Assembly: GCA_965371515.1 (NCBI GenBank)
Contig: CBDUYR010000068.1
Location: 1 to 11,592 of the forward strand
Direction of reading: 5' to 3'
Length of the DNA: 11,592 nucleotides
From: an uncultured bacterium
Lineage (GTDB): Bacteria > Krumholzibacteriota > Krumholzibacteriia > Krumholzibacteriales > Krumholzibacteriaceae
Shown here: piece after piece, positions 1-8,360 of the stretch
Position numbering within the stretch: the first letter of the stretch is position 1
How the letters are laid out: the number at the start of each line of letters is the position of its first letter
Program-made: the position numbers and the translations under genes
Notes under the pieces: generated by a model
Databases searched by the model: none
The model's input: only the letters and a program-made list of their open reading frames with translations
What the model was told of the DNA's origin: nothing

Positions 1-152
1 TCGATGATGACAAGGCGATATCAGTGGTCAACGAGGCCATATGCCGGGGATGCGGCAACTGTTTCGGTAGCTGCCCATCGGGAGCCCTTCGCACGAGGCA
101 TTTTACAAACACACAATTGATGAAGGAAGTTGCCGAGGCGGTAAGAGGATAG
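1..152 (+). CDS. hdrA: 3' end of an HdrA-like heterodisulfide reductase flavoprotein (C-terminal ferredoxin domain), partial
   Basis: Frame from nt 3 reads DDDKAISVVNEAICRGCGNCFGSCPSGALRTRHFTNTQLMKEVAEAVRG, ending at TAG 150-152. It has a CxxCxxCxxxCP motif and closely parallels the C-terminus of the HdrA at 2867-5926 (VVNEALCKGCGACVASCRCGALDLRGFSNDQL). Not in the ORF track because the start lies outside the window. Confidence 0.75.
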   Translation, partial: DDDKAISVVNEAICRGCGNCFGSCPSGALRTRHFTNTQLMKEVAEAVRG

Positions 153-165
153 ACAGGATCAGTAT

Positions 166-1317
166 ATGAGCGACGAGAAAACGAAGGGCAGGAAACTCCA
201 GGACAAGGACGCCAGGTCGGCGATCAGGGCGTTTGTCAGGGAGTCTATAGAGAAGGGTGTCATCGATGCGGCTCTCATGCCTGTGAGGGTCCCGGCTGGC
301 GATTCTTATGCCTGGATACTCATGAAGGATCCCGAAATAGTCGATGCTGCAAATCCGCTGGCACCGGTGATGCCGGTCCAGGGTGCAAAAGCCCTGAAGG
401 CTCTTACACGAAAGGGAGAGGGAAGCATCAAGGTTCTTGCCCTGATGAGGCCTTGTGAGGTGAAGGCGTCGATCGAGTTGACCAAGTTCAATCAGGTCCA
501 CCTGGACAACATTATCCTTGCAAGCTACGACTGCCCCGGCGCAGTTCCTCTGAAAGACTTTACGGAGGATCCTGAAGGCGCCGAGAAGAAGTTCGAAGAG
601 TTCCTCGGTGAAGAGGAAAGGATCACTGATGGAGTAAAGAAAGTCTGCAACGTCTGCACCGATTTCTCCTTCGTCGATTCAGATATACATTTCGGAAGAT
701 ACGGAACTGGTGGAGAGACGATCGTCATCTGCCGCAGCGGGAAGGGTGCCGCATTTCTCGAAGAGGCTGGAATCGGAAGCGATACAGATACATCGGCCTG
801 GAGAGAGAAGGCGGAGAAGCTGACAAGCAAAGCGCAAGAGGTGAGGAACGCATCGGCGGCGGAAATCGGTTCGATGATCCAGGGCCTCGAGGGTATGGTC
901 AGGACATTTGCCAACTGTATAGGGTGCCACAACTGTCAGAGCGTGTGTCCGATCTGCTACTGTCGGCAGTGTTACTACGACTCGGAGGTCGCAGTCCCGG
1001 AACCCGACTCCGTCCACGACAAGGCCGGGATAAGGGGAGGGATCTCCTTTCCGCGCGATCGTGTGCTCTTTCACACGGGGCGCATGGCTCATATGACGCT
1101 TTCATGCGTCTCTTGCGGTCAGTGCACCGACGCGTGCCCCGTATTCATCCCCGTCGCGAGCGTATTTGGCTATATGGCTGACCAGGCGCAGCCGGTATTT
1201 GAGTACAGGGCCGGGGTGAACGACGGTGTCGCCGTGCCGCTGAGACGGTTCCAGGAAGACGAGGTCCCTCTCGTGAAGGAACTCCTCGAGGAAACGGAAG
1301 AGGAGACGCATACATGA
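166..1317 (+). CDS. FdhB/FlxC-like iron-sulfur protein (FrhB/FdhB-family N-terminal domain plus C-terminal 4Fe-4S dicluster), paralog 1
   Basis: 383 aa. RPCE...YDCPG...CNVC cluster motif set, CIGCHNCQSVCPICYCRQC and FHxGRMAH...CVSCGQCTDACP, as in FdhB/FlxC proteins. AGGA upstream at 156-159. Confidence 0.85.
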   Translation: MSDEKTKGRKLQDKDARSAIRAFVRESIEKGVIDAALMPVRVPAGDSYAWILMKDPEIVDAANPLAPVMPVQGAKALKALTRKGEGSIKVLALMRPCEVKASIELTKFNQVHLDNIILASYDCPGAVPLKDFTEDPEGAEKKFEEFLGEEERITDGVKKVCNVCTDFSFVDSDIHFGRYGTGGETIVICRSGKGAAFLEEAGIGSDTDTSAWREKAEKLTSKAQEVRNASAAEIGSMIQGLEGMVRTFANCIGCHNCQSVCPICYCRQCYYDSEVAVPEPDSVHDKAGIRGGISFPRDRVLFHTGRMAHMTLSCVSCGQCTDACPVFIPVASVFGYMADQAQPVFEYRAGVNDGVAVPLRRFQEDEVPLVKELLEETEEETHT

Positions 1318-2414
1318 GTAGCATGAGGATCGCCAGAGAGCCAAACCAGGCGGTGACTGATTATCTGCGGCATCTTCTCACGAGCGGAAAGGCTGGAGCG
1401 GTATTGACCCTGCGCCGGAGTGAAGAAACTGGTTCGTACGATTACGGGTTGATCACAGATCCCGATGGTCTGGAGTACGCAGCTCCTCTCGATCCTGTCA
1501 TGCCGGTGAACGGGGGCGAGGTGCTCAAAGAGGTCACGCCCTCGAAGGTCAAGATCGCCGCGGTGCTGAGACCATGCGAGGTCCGGGCGTTCGTCGAGCT
1601 GGTCAAGCGTGAGCAGGGTTCAATGGAAAACGTTATGATCATATCCCAGACCTGTAGTGGAACTTATCCTCTCCAGATGGCTGCTAACAGGACGCTGGAA
1701 GGAAAGCTCCCCGAATATTTCGAGGTCGCTGCCGAAGGCGAGATCCCCGAAGGGATCAGGCCCACATGCGCCGCGTGCGAACATTTCATTCCCGGGAATA
1801 CAGATATTACAGTATCGCTGGCCGGCGAGAAGGATTCAGCCGAATCGTGCCTCCTTTACTTCAACACGGAGGAGGGTGCGTCATCGGCCGAGGGATTCGA
1901 GGGCCTCAAGACAAATGGAGAATACGATCCAGGTATGGTCGCGGAACTTCTCGAAAAGCGCCTCAAGGCGAAGGAAGAACTGTATGCCTCGATGATGGAC
2001 GGAAAGAAGGGATTAGACGCTCTAGTCGATACCTTCGGTAAATGCGTAGGATGTCACGGTTGCGGGCATGTCTGCCCGATCTGCTACTGTGTCATGTGTG
2101 ATTTCGAGTCACGAAATTTCGACTACGACATGCCGTATTTCGAGAAGGAGCTCGATCAGAAGAATGCGCTGAGGCTTCCGCCCGATACGATCTTTTTCCA
2201 TCTCGGAAGGTTGACGCACATGAGTTTCTCGTGCGTAGGCTGCGGGCTCTGCTCGGATGTCTGCCCCGTGGATATCCCCGTATCTCAGGTATTCAAGAGG
2301 ACGGGGGAGCAGACTGCGGGGTTGTTCGAGTATGTCGCCGGCAGAGACCTGGAAGAGCCGATACCCGTGCTGGTGTTCAAGGAAGATGAATTTCTCGAAA
2401 TTGGCGAGGACTAG
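1314..2414 (+). CDS. FdhB/FlxC-like iron-sulfur protein, paralog 2
   Basis: 366 aa. RPCE...QTCSG...CAAC, CVGCHGCGHVCPICYCVMC, FHLGRLTHMSFSCVGCGLCSDVCP. ATGA overlap with the previous gene, AGGAG at 1301-1305. Colinear with paralog 1 (PLAPVMPVQG vs PLDPVMPVNG). Confidence 0.85.
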   Translation: MSSMRIAREPNQAVTDYLRHLLTSGKAGAVLTLRRSEETGSYDYGLITDPDGLEYAAPLDPVMPVNGGEVLKEVTPSKVKIAAVLRPCEVRAFVELVKREQGSMENVMIISQTCSGTYPLQMAANRTLEGKLPEYFEVAAEGEIPEGIRPTCAACEHFIPGNTDITVSLAGEKDSAESCLLYFNTEEGASSAEGFEGLKTNGEYDPGMVAELLEKRLKAKEELYASMMDGKKGLDALVDTFGKCVGCHGCGHVCPICYCVMCDFESRNFDYDMPYFEKELDQKNALRLPPDTIFFHLGRLTHMSFSCVGCGLCSDVCPVDIPVSQVFKRTGEQTAGLFEYVAGRDLEEPIPVLVFKEDEFLEIGED

Positions 2415-2418
2415 TGAA

Positions 2419-2844
2419 ATGAGCGATGAATTCGCCCCGAAGATTACAGCGTTTCTCTGCAAGTGGTGCTCGTATACCGGCGCCGACCTGGCAGGAACGA
2501 GCAGGATGCAGTACCCGACCTCGATCATTCCTATTCTGGTCATGTGTTCGAGCAGGGTCGATCCCGTTTTTATCATCAAGGCGTACCTGAAGGGCGCAGA
2601 CGGTGTTCTCCTCGGTGGGTGTCATCCGGGCGACTGCCATTACGAGGTGGGTAACTATCACACGCGGAGGCGTTTCGCGATAGTGAAGACGATCTTCGAA
2701 TCGCTCGGACTCGAGGCTGAGAGGCTCAAGCTCTCGTGGATCTCCGCGTCGGAAGGGCCGAAGTTCGCCAGGGTCAGCAACGAGTTCACCGAGAAAATAA
2801 AGGAAATGGGCGAGAATCCAGTCCGGAAAAGCATGTTCTTGTAG
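2419..2844 (+). CDS. mvhD: MvhD-like [2Fe-2S] hydrogenase iron-sulfur (delta) subunit, copy 1
   Basis: From ATG 2419 (MSDEFAPKITAFLCKWCSYTGADLAGTSR, 141 aa), with CSSRVD, GCHPGDCHY, GN and WISASEG motifs. The ORF-track start at 2257 overlaps the previous gene by 158 nt and is unlikely. Confidence 0.92.
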   Translation: MSDEFAPKITAFLCKWCSYTGADLAGTSRMQYPTSIIPILVMCSSRVDPVFIIKAYLKGADGVLLGGCHPGDCHYEVGNYHTRRRFAIVKTIFESLGLEAERLKLSWISASEGPKFARVSNEFTEKIKEMGENPVRKSMFL

Positions 2845-2866
2845 ATGAAAGGGCCGTGAGACTTAC

Positions 2867-5800
2867 ATGATCAAGAAGAGCAAATCGGTTCTGGTCGTCG
2901 GAGCGGGAATCGCCGGTATACAGGCGTCGCTCGATCTCGCCGAACTCGGCGTGGACGTCCATCTCATCGAGGATACTCCCTCGATCGGCGGGCGGATGCC
3001 GCAGCTCGACAAGACATTTCCGACTAACGACTGCTCAATGTGTATACTCTCTCCCAAGATGAGCGAAGTGATCCGTCATCCGAGGATCATCCTTCATATC
3101 AACTCGTCGCTCGACTCTATCTCTGGTGACCCTGGAGACTTCACCTGTACGATAACGCAGAGAGCCACGTACGTCGATGCAGAGAAATGTGTATCCTGCG
3201 GGCTCTGCGAAGAGAAGTGTCCCGTAAAGGTGGACGATATATTTGATACCGGTCTGAGGAAGAGGAAGGCGATATCGCGCTACTTCCTCCAGAGTATCCC
3301 CTCTGAATACACGATTGACAGGGACAACTGCCTCTTCCTCACGAAGGGCGTCTGCAAACTCTGCGAAAAGGTATGCCCGGCCGATGCGATAAACTACGAG
3401 GATGAGGACAGGGAGATCGAGCTCAATGTAGGATCGGTGATCCTTTCGACAGGCATCGACCCGTTCGATCCGATCGGTTTCGGCCACTTTGGCTACCATC
3501 GTTTCGATAACGTAGTTACCTCGCTGGAGTACGAGAGGATGCTCTCGGCCTCCGGTCCTCTGGGCGGCCATGTGGAAAGAGCGTCCGACGGGAAGGAACC
3601 GAAGAAGATTGCATTCATCCAGTGCGTCGGATCGCGCGACGAGAGCATCGACAAGAACTACTGCTCGTCGGCCTGCTGTATGTTTGCCATAAAGCAGGCG
3701 ATTATTTCGAAGGAGCACATCAAGGATCTCGAGCCGACGATCTTCTACATGGACATCAGAGCGTTCGGCAAGGATTTCGACAAGTACTACGACAAGGCGG
3801 AAAACCAGTACGGCGTGAGATTCGTGCGCTCGAAAGTGGCAGATATCAATGAAACGAAAAACGGTGACCTGCGGCTGAGGTTTGTATTCGAGAACGGAGA
3901 TGTAACATACGAAGACTTTGATATGGTCATCCTCGCGATCGGTCTTCAACCCAGGAAGGGGACCGAGGATCTTTCGAGGACCGTCGGCGTCAAGCTCAAC
4001 GAGTTCGGTTTCTGCAGGTCGGACACGTTCACGCCCCTCCAGACGACCCGCGAGGGCATCTACGTATGCGGCGCGATGAACGCTCCAAAGGATATCCCCG
4101 AATCGGTCATCTCTGCGTCGGGTGCAGTCGCCAATGCGGCCAAGTTTCTCAAGATCGAGCGTCAGGACAGGACCAACGACCCCGATGCTGTCCCGGAGAA
4201 GGACGTAAAAGGAGACAGGCCCAGAGTCGGCGTCTTCGTCTGTCACTGCGGGATCAACATAGCCGGTGTTGTAGATGTAAAGGACGTCGCGTCTTACGCC
4301 GGCAAACTCGAAAATGTCGAGCACTCGGAGGACGTCATCTACGCCTGTTCGACCGACTGTCTCGAGACGATAAAGAAACGGATCGAAGAACACGATCTCA
4401 ACAGGGTGATAGTGGCTGCCTGTACGCCGAGGACGCACGAGCCACTCTTCAGGGAGACTGCCGCCGAGGCAGGTCTCAATCCATACCTCGTCGAGATGTC
4501 CAACATCAGGGACCAGTGCTCATGGGCGCATATGGATGAGCCGGAGCTGGCCACTGTCAAGTCGAAGGACCTAGTGGAGATGATGGTCGCCAAGGCGAGG
4601 GGGCTCGAGCCTCTCGAGCGCCTGCCGGTCGAGATCGATCCGAAGGCCCTGGTGATAGGAGGCGGCCTGTCGGGAATGAACGCTGCTCTGTCGCTCGCCG
4701 AAGCAGGACACGACGTCTTCCTCGTTGAGAAGGAGAAGGAACTCGGAGGCAATCTCAGGAACATCTTCTTCAACTTCGACGATACCGATCCGCAGGAGTA
4801 CCTTGCCGACCTGGTCCGCCGCATCAAATCGAACAAGAGGATAAGGGTGTTCAAGAGCTCGCTCGTCGAGCAGGTTCTCGGGTATGTAGGGAATTTTGTG
4901 ACCACGGTGAAGGACACGGAGACCGGCGGTTCAGAGACCGTTGAGCACGGGGTTGTGATCGTGGCGACGGGAGGAGAGGAGCATACGACGGAGGAGTACT
5001 TTTACGGTCAGTCAACAAGGATCGTCAGCCAGGTCGAGTTCGAGAGGATGATTCACGAGGGGAATTTCCCAGTTGGACGTCTCAACAACGTGGTCGTTAT
5101 CCAGTGCGTCGGTTCACGTGAAGAGGGCAGGATGTACTGCAGCAGGGTTTGCTGCACCAAGGCTGTGAAGAACTCGCTCGAGCTGAAGAAAATCAAGCCT
5201 GCGACGAACGTATTTATTGCCTATCGCGATATGAGGACATACGGCTTCAGGGAGAAATACTACACGAAACTACGAGACGAGGGCGCGGTATTCATGCGGT
5301 ATTCGCCCGACAGGAAACCGGTTGTCGAGCTGCTCGACGCGGCAAATCCCGACAGCAGGGCCCGGGTGACGATGTTCGATCCGATTCTAGACGGCGAGGT
5401 TGCGGTCGACGCAGACCTTGTTGTCCTGTCTACTGCGATCGACGCTCCGGAGAGCAACAGTGTATTGGCGAAGATGCTCAAGGTGCCGCTGAACACCGAC
5501 GGTATATTTCTCGAGGCGCATGTGAAACTCCGGCCGGTTGATTTTGCGACGGAAGGAATATTTGTCTGCGGACTCGCCCACGGGCCGAAGGATATGAACG
5601 AATCGATCGCGCAGTCGAAAGCTGCGGCTAGCAGAGCGATGACTTTCCTCAACCAGAAGTCGATATTGGCTGAGGGAACTATCTGCCGTGTCAGGGAAGA
5701 CAGATGCTCAGGCTGTGCGTACTGCGAATCCATCTGCGCGTACGCAGCAATAGAGGTCGACCCTGAGAAGCAGGTCGCCGTCGTGAACGAGGCCCTATGC

Positions 5801-5926
5801 AAGGGATGCGGCGCATGCGTGGCCTCATGCCGGTGCGGGGCGCTTGATCTGCGTGGGTTCAGTAATGATCAGCTCTTCTCGGTATTCGAGTCGCTCGAGA
5901 TGGCGGCAGTGGAGGAGTCGGAATAG
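2867..5926 (+). CDS. hdrA: Large double-module HdrA-like flavo-iron-sulfur protein (two FAD domains; BamE-like size and architecture)
   Basis: 1019 aa. Module 1: [19 protein letters not shown], inserted ferredoxin (CVSCGLCEEKCP; CKLCEKVCP), CVGSR...CSSACC, PKDIPESV. Module 2: VGVFVCHCG...AACTPRTHE...NIRDQCSWAH, GGGLSG, CVGSR...CSRVCC, EAHVKLRPVDF, GLAHGPK, and a C-terminal 2x[4Fe-4S] domain. Confidence 0.95.
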   Translation: MIKKSKSVLVVGAGIAGIQASLDLAELGVDVHLIEDTPSIGGRMPQLDKTFPTNDCSMCILSPKMSEVIRHPRIILHINSSLDSISGDPGDFTCTITQRATYVDAEKCVSCGLCEEKCPVKVDDIFDTGLRKRKAISRYFLQSIPSEYTIDRDNCLFLTKGVCKLCEKVCPADAINYEDEDREIELNVGSVILSTGIDPFDPIGFGHFGYHRFDNVVTSLEYERMLSASGPLGGHVERASDGKEPKKIAFIQCVGSRDESIDKNYCSSACCMFAIKQAIISKEHIKDLEPTIFYMDIRAFGKDFDKYYDKAENQYGVRFVRSKVADINETKNGDLRLRFVFENGDVTYEDFDMVILAIGLQPRKGTEDLSRTVGVKLNEFGFCRSDTFTPLQTTREGIYVCGAMNAPKDIPESVISASGAVANAAKFLKIERQDRTNDPDAVPEKDVKGDRPRVGVFVCHCGINIAGVVDVKDVASYAGKLENVEHSEDVIYACSTDCLETIKKRIEEHDLNRVIVAACTPRTHEPLFRETAAEAGLNPYLVEMSNIRDQCSWAHMDEPELATVKSKDLVEMMVAKARGLEPLERLPVEIDPKALVIGGGLSGMNAALSLAEAGHDVFLVEKEKELGGNLRNIFFNFDDTDPQEYLADLVRRIKSNKRIRVFKSSLVEQVLGYVGNFVTTVKDTETGGSETVEHGVVIVATGGEEHTTEEYFYGQSTRIVSQVEFERMIHEGNFPVGRLNNVVVIQCVGSREEGRMYCSRVCCTKAVKNSLELKKIKPATNVFIAYRDMRTYGFREKYYTKLRDEGAVFMRYSPDRKPVVELLDAANPDSRARVTMFDPILDGEVAVDADLVVLSTAIDAPESNSVLAKMLKVPLNTDGIFLEAHVKLRPVDFATEGIFVCGLAHGPKDMNESIAQSKAAASRAMTFLNQKSILAEGTICRVREDRCSGCAYCESICAYAAIEVDPEKQVAVVNEALCKGCGACVASCRCGALDLRGFSNDQLFSVFESLEMAAVEESE
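5911..5917 (+). promoter_or_regulatory. Shine-Dalgarno site for flxD/mvhD, embedded in the hdrA 3' end
   Basis: GGAGGAG ends 9 nt before ATG 5927. Confidence 0.6.
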
Positions 5927-6346
5927 ATGAAGGAATGGCAGCCGAAGATACTGGCGATACTCTGCAACTGGTGCTCTTACGCGGGAGCTGACCTGGCAGG
6001 AGTTTCAAGGATACAGTACCCGGCGAACATCCGGGTGGTAAAGGTCCCCTGCTCGGGCCGGGTCGATCCACTGTTCATCATGAAGAGCCTGCAGAGCGGT
6101 TATGACGGTATCCTGATTTCGGGATGCCACCCGGGCGACTGTCATTACCTTTCTGGCAATTACGTTGCGAGGAGACGGTTCGCCGTGCTCAAGCCCCTGC
6201 TCGAATTCATCGGGATCGAACCGGACAGGGTCCAGTTCTCCTGGATCTCTGCGGGGGAGGGCGAGAGGTTCGCTCAGGTCGTTACGAAGGTTACAGAAGA
6301 CGTCAAGAAACTCGGTCCGGCAACAAGGCTGGTCAAACAGATATGA
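5927..6346 (+). CDS. flxD: MvhD-like [2Fe-2S] subunit, copy 2 (FlxD position in flxDCBA)
   Basis: 139 aa. LCNWCSYAGADLAG, PCSGRVD, GCHPGDCHY, WISAGEG. GGAGGAG at 5911-5917. Directly precedes flxC-flxB-flxA-like genes. Confidence 0.9.
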   Translation: MKEWQPKILAILCNWCSYAGADLAGVSRIQYPANIRVVKVPCSGRVDPLFIMKSLQSGYDGILISGCHPGDCHYLSGNYVARRRFAVLKPLLEFIGIEPDRVQFSWISAGEGERFAQVVTKVTEDVKKLGPATRLVKQI

Positions 6347-7314
6347 ACGTAAATCAGAAATTGAGAGAAGCAGCGAAGAAATTGCTCGCCGAAGGCAGGG
6401 CCGACGTGGTCATAGGATGGGGCCGGGGATCACTTTCGATGTCATCGACCCCGATATTCGCTGCGACGGAGGAAGAGGCGGATGGACTCATTTTCGACGC
6501 TACATGCGGGTCCAACCTTACCGTCTATTTCACGAAGGACAAGCGGCAGATTGCCTCTGACGGCAAGAAGGCTGCGGTCGTTGTGAAGGGCTGCGACGCC
6601 AGGTCAATTGTGCTGAATATCAAGGAACGCCAGATAAAGAGGGAAGACGTGATCGTCATCGGCGTTCCATGCGACGGAATCATAGACAGGAGCAAGATCT
6701 CGGAAATGACCGGCGGGAGGGAGATCCTCGAGTTCTCCGACAACGGGGCGAAGATCTCGGTAAAGGGGAGGGATTTCGAGCTGGATATTCCGCGGGAGGA
6801 TGTCCTCAGCGATTCCTGTCTCTCATGCGCTCATCCGGACGCCGGGATGTCCGACATCTTCGTCGGCGAACATCGTGAAAGCGGCGAAGGGAAGGATCAG
6901 TACGCAGCGGTGGAGGAATTCGAGAAACTTTCCATCTCGGAAAGGTGGGAGAGAATACAGCAGGAGTACTCGAAATGCATAAGATGCTACGCCTGCCGTA
7001 ACGTTTGCCCGTCGTGCTATTGCAACGAGTGTTTCGTCGATCAGAACGATCCGCAGTGGATAGGGAAGACGCTGGATTTCAGCGATACGATGATATTTCA
7101 CGTAATAAGGAACCTGCACGTCGCCGGGCGATGTGTCGAGTGCGGTTCGTGCGAGAGGGCGTGCCCGATGGATATCAAGCTTCTTCTGCTGAACCGCAAG
7201 GTCGCGAAAGAAGTCGCCGAGAGGTTCGGGATGGAGACAGGCGTCGATCAGGAAGCGAAACCGGCCATGTCCGATTTCAGGGAAGACGAGAAGCAGGATT
7301 TCATAATGGGGTAG
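6343..7314 (+). CDS. flxC: FlxC-like 4Fe-4S protein
   Basis: From ATG 6343 (ATGA overlap with flxD; MNVNQKLREAAKKLL, 323 aa). KGCD...GVPCDG...CLSC, CIRCYACRNVCPSCYCNECF, FHVIRNLHVAGRCVECGSCERACP. The ORF-track start at 6124 lies inside flxD. Confidence 0.85.
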   Translation: MNVNQKLREAAKKLLAEGRADVVIGWGRGSLSMSSTPIFAATEEEADGLIFDATCGSNLTVYFTKDKRQIASDGKKAAVVVKGCDARSIVLNIKERQIKREDVIVIGVPCDGIIDRSKISEMTGGREILEFSDNGAKISVKGRDFELDIPREDVLSDSCLSCAHPDAGMSDIFVGEHRESGEGKDQYAAVEEFEKLSISERWERIQQEYSKCIRCYACRNVCPSCYCNECFVDQNDPQWIGKTLDFSDTMIFHVIRNLHVAGRCVECGSCERACPMDIKLLLLNRKVAKEVAERFGMETGVDQEAKPAMSDFREDEKQDFIMG

Positions 7315-7318
7315 GGCT

Positions 7319-8344
7319 ATGATAAGGCTCGACAGTAAGGGATTCGAAAAATTTATCGAAGAGCTCGCCGGGGCTTACACCCTCTTCGCTCCCGTTATGA
7401 AGGGCGGCAAGCAGGTGTTCGGCGTGATCTCTTCGGCTGAAGATATCGATTCATCGCGCCTCAACACGGAGAGATCGCCGAAGGAGATATTCTTTCCTCA
7501 TTCCGAGGTTCTCTTTGAATACGACGAGAACGGGATCAGAACCGCTGGAGGGGAGGAGAAGCCGATTGCTGTCTGGGGGATGCGGGGTTGCGACGCGAGA
7601 AGCCTTCCGATGCTCGATAAGGTGTTCGGCAGCGAGGGCGAGAGGCCTGCCAACCTTCGTTTCGACGACCCATACTGGAGTGGGCGTTATGACAAGTCAC
7701 TAGTCTTCTCCATGGCCTGCAACGAGCCTCTTTCAACCTGCTTCTGCAACTGGTTCGATAGCGGGCCGCACGACCGGAAGGGCGCCGACGTATTTGTCGT
7801 CGACACGGGGGATGTCTTGCTCATGGAACCGGTCAGCGAGAAGGGCGAAGAGTATCTGAAAAAATTGAAAGACGCGAAGAAAGCAACGAAGAAGGACGAA
7901 GAGAAGGCATCGGCGCTTGCCGTTGAAGCAGAAGAGATGCTGAGCGAGCGGACTGACATTGACGGACTGAACGAAAAGCTGAAAGAAATCTTTCACAAGC
8001 CGGTCTGGGACGCGGTCAGCGCCAAGTGCGTCAACTGCGGTGCCTGCTCGTTCACGTGCTCGACCTGCCACTGTTTCGACATACAGGATGAAGGCAGGAG
8101 AGGGCGTGGAAAGAGGATCAGGATATGGGACACGTGCATGTTCCCGGTCTTCACGAAGGAGGCTTCGGGTCATAATCCCAGGGTGCTATCCAAGGAACGC
8201 GTCCGGCAGCGCGTCATGCACAAGTACAGTTATTTCGTGGATAATCACGGCGAGTTCCTCTGCACGGGGTGCGGCCGGTGCGTTGCCGTATGCCCCGTCA
8301 ACCTCGATATCAGGGAAGTGATCAGAGAGGTGCTGGCCTCCTGA
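7319..8344 (+). CDS. flxB: FlxB-like (AsrA/sulfhydrogenase beta family) 4Fe-4S protein
   Basis: 341 aa. SPKEIFFP, RGCDA, DPYW, CNEPLSTCFC, CVNCGACSFTCSTCHCFD, WDTCM, RVRQRVMHK, CTGCGRCVAVCP. Confidence 0.85.
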   Translation: MIRLDSKGFEKFIEELAGAYTLFAPVMKGGKQVFGVISSAEDIDSSRLNTERSPKEIFFPHSEVLFEYDENGIRTAGGEEKPIAVWGMRGCDARSLPMLDKVFGSEGERPANLRFDDPYWSGRYDKSLVFSMACNEPLSTCFCNWFDSGPHDRKGADVFVVDTGDVLLMEPVSEKGEEYLKKLKDAKKATKKDEEKASALAVEAEEMLSERTDIDGLNEKLKEIFHKPVWDAVSAKCVNCGACSFTCSTCHCFDIQDEGRRGRGKRIRIWDTCMFPVFTKEASGHNPRVLSKERVRQRVMHKYSYFVDNHGEFLCTGCGRCVAVCPVNLDIREVIREVLAS

Positions 8345-8360
8345 GGACAAGGACGTTCGG

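Noticed and set aside
2257..2418. N-terminal extension of MvhD copy 1 in the ORF track
   Set aside because: It overlaps the preceding gene, and MvhD similarity begins only at Met 2419.
2845..2859. Mini-ORF ATG AAA GGG CCG TGA directly after the mvhD stop
   Set aside because: Only four codons, overlapping the probable ribosome-binding region of hdrA. Nothing supports a function.
3035..4438. 467-aa minus-strand ORF, plus other antisense ORFs such as 10117-10977, 10901-11569, 4339-4917 and 5260-5802
   Set aside because: They lie opposite well-supported + strand genes, show no recognisable motifs, and are explained as shadow ORFs of biased codon usage.
6124..6342. N-terminal extension of FlxC in the ORF track
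   Set aside because: It lies within flxD in another frame. The ATGA overlap at 6343-6346 gives a natural coupled start.
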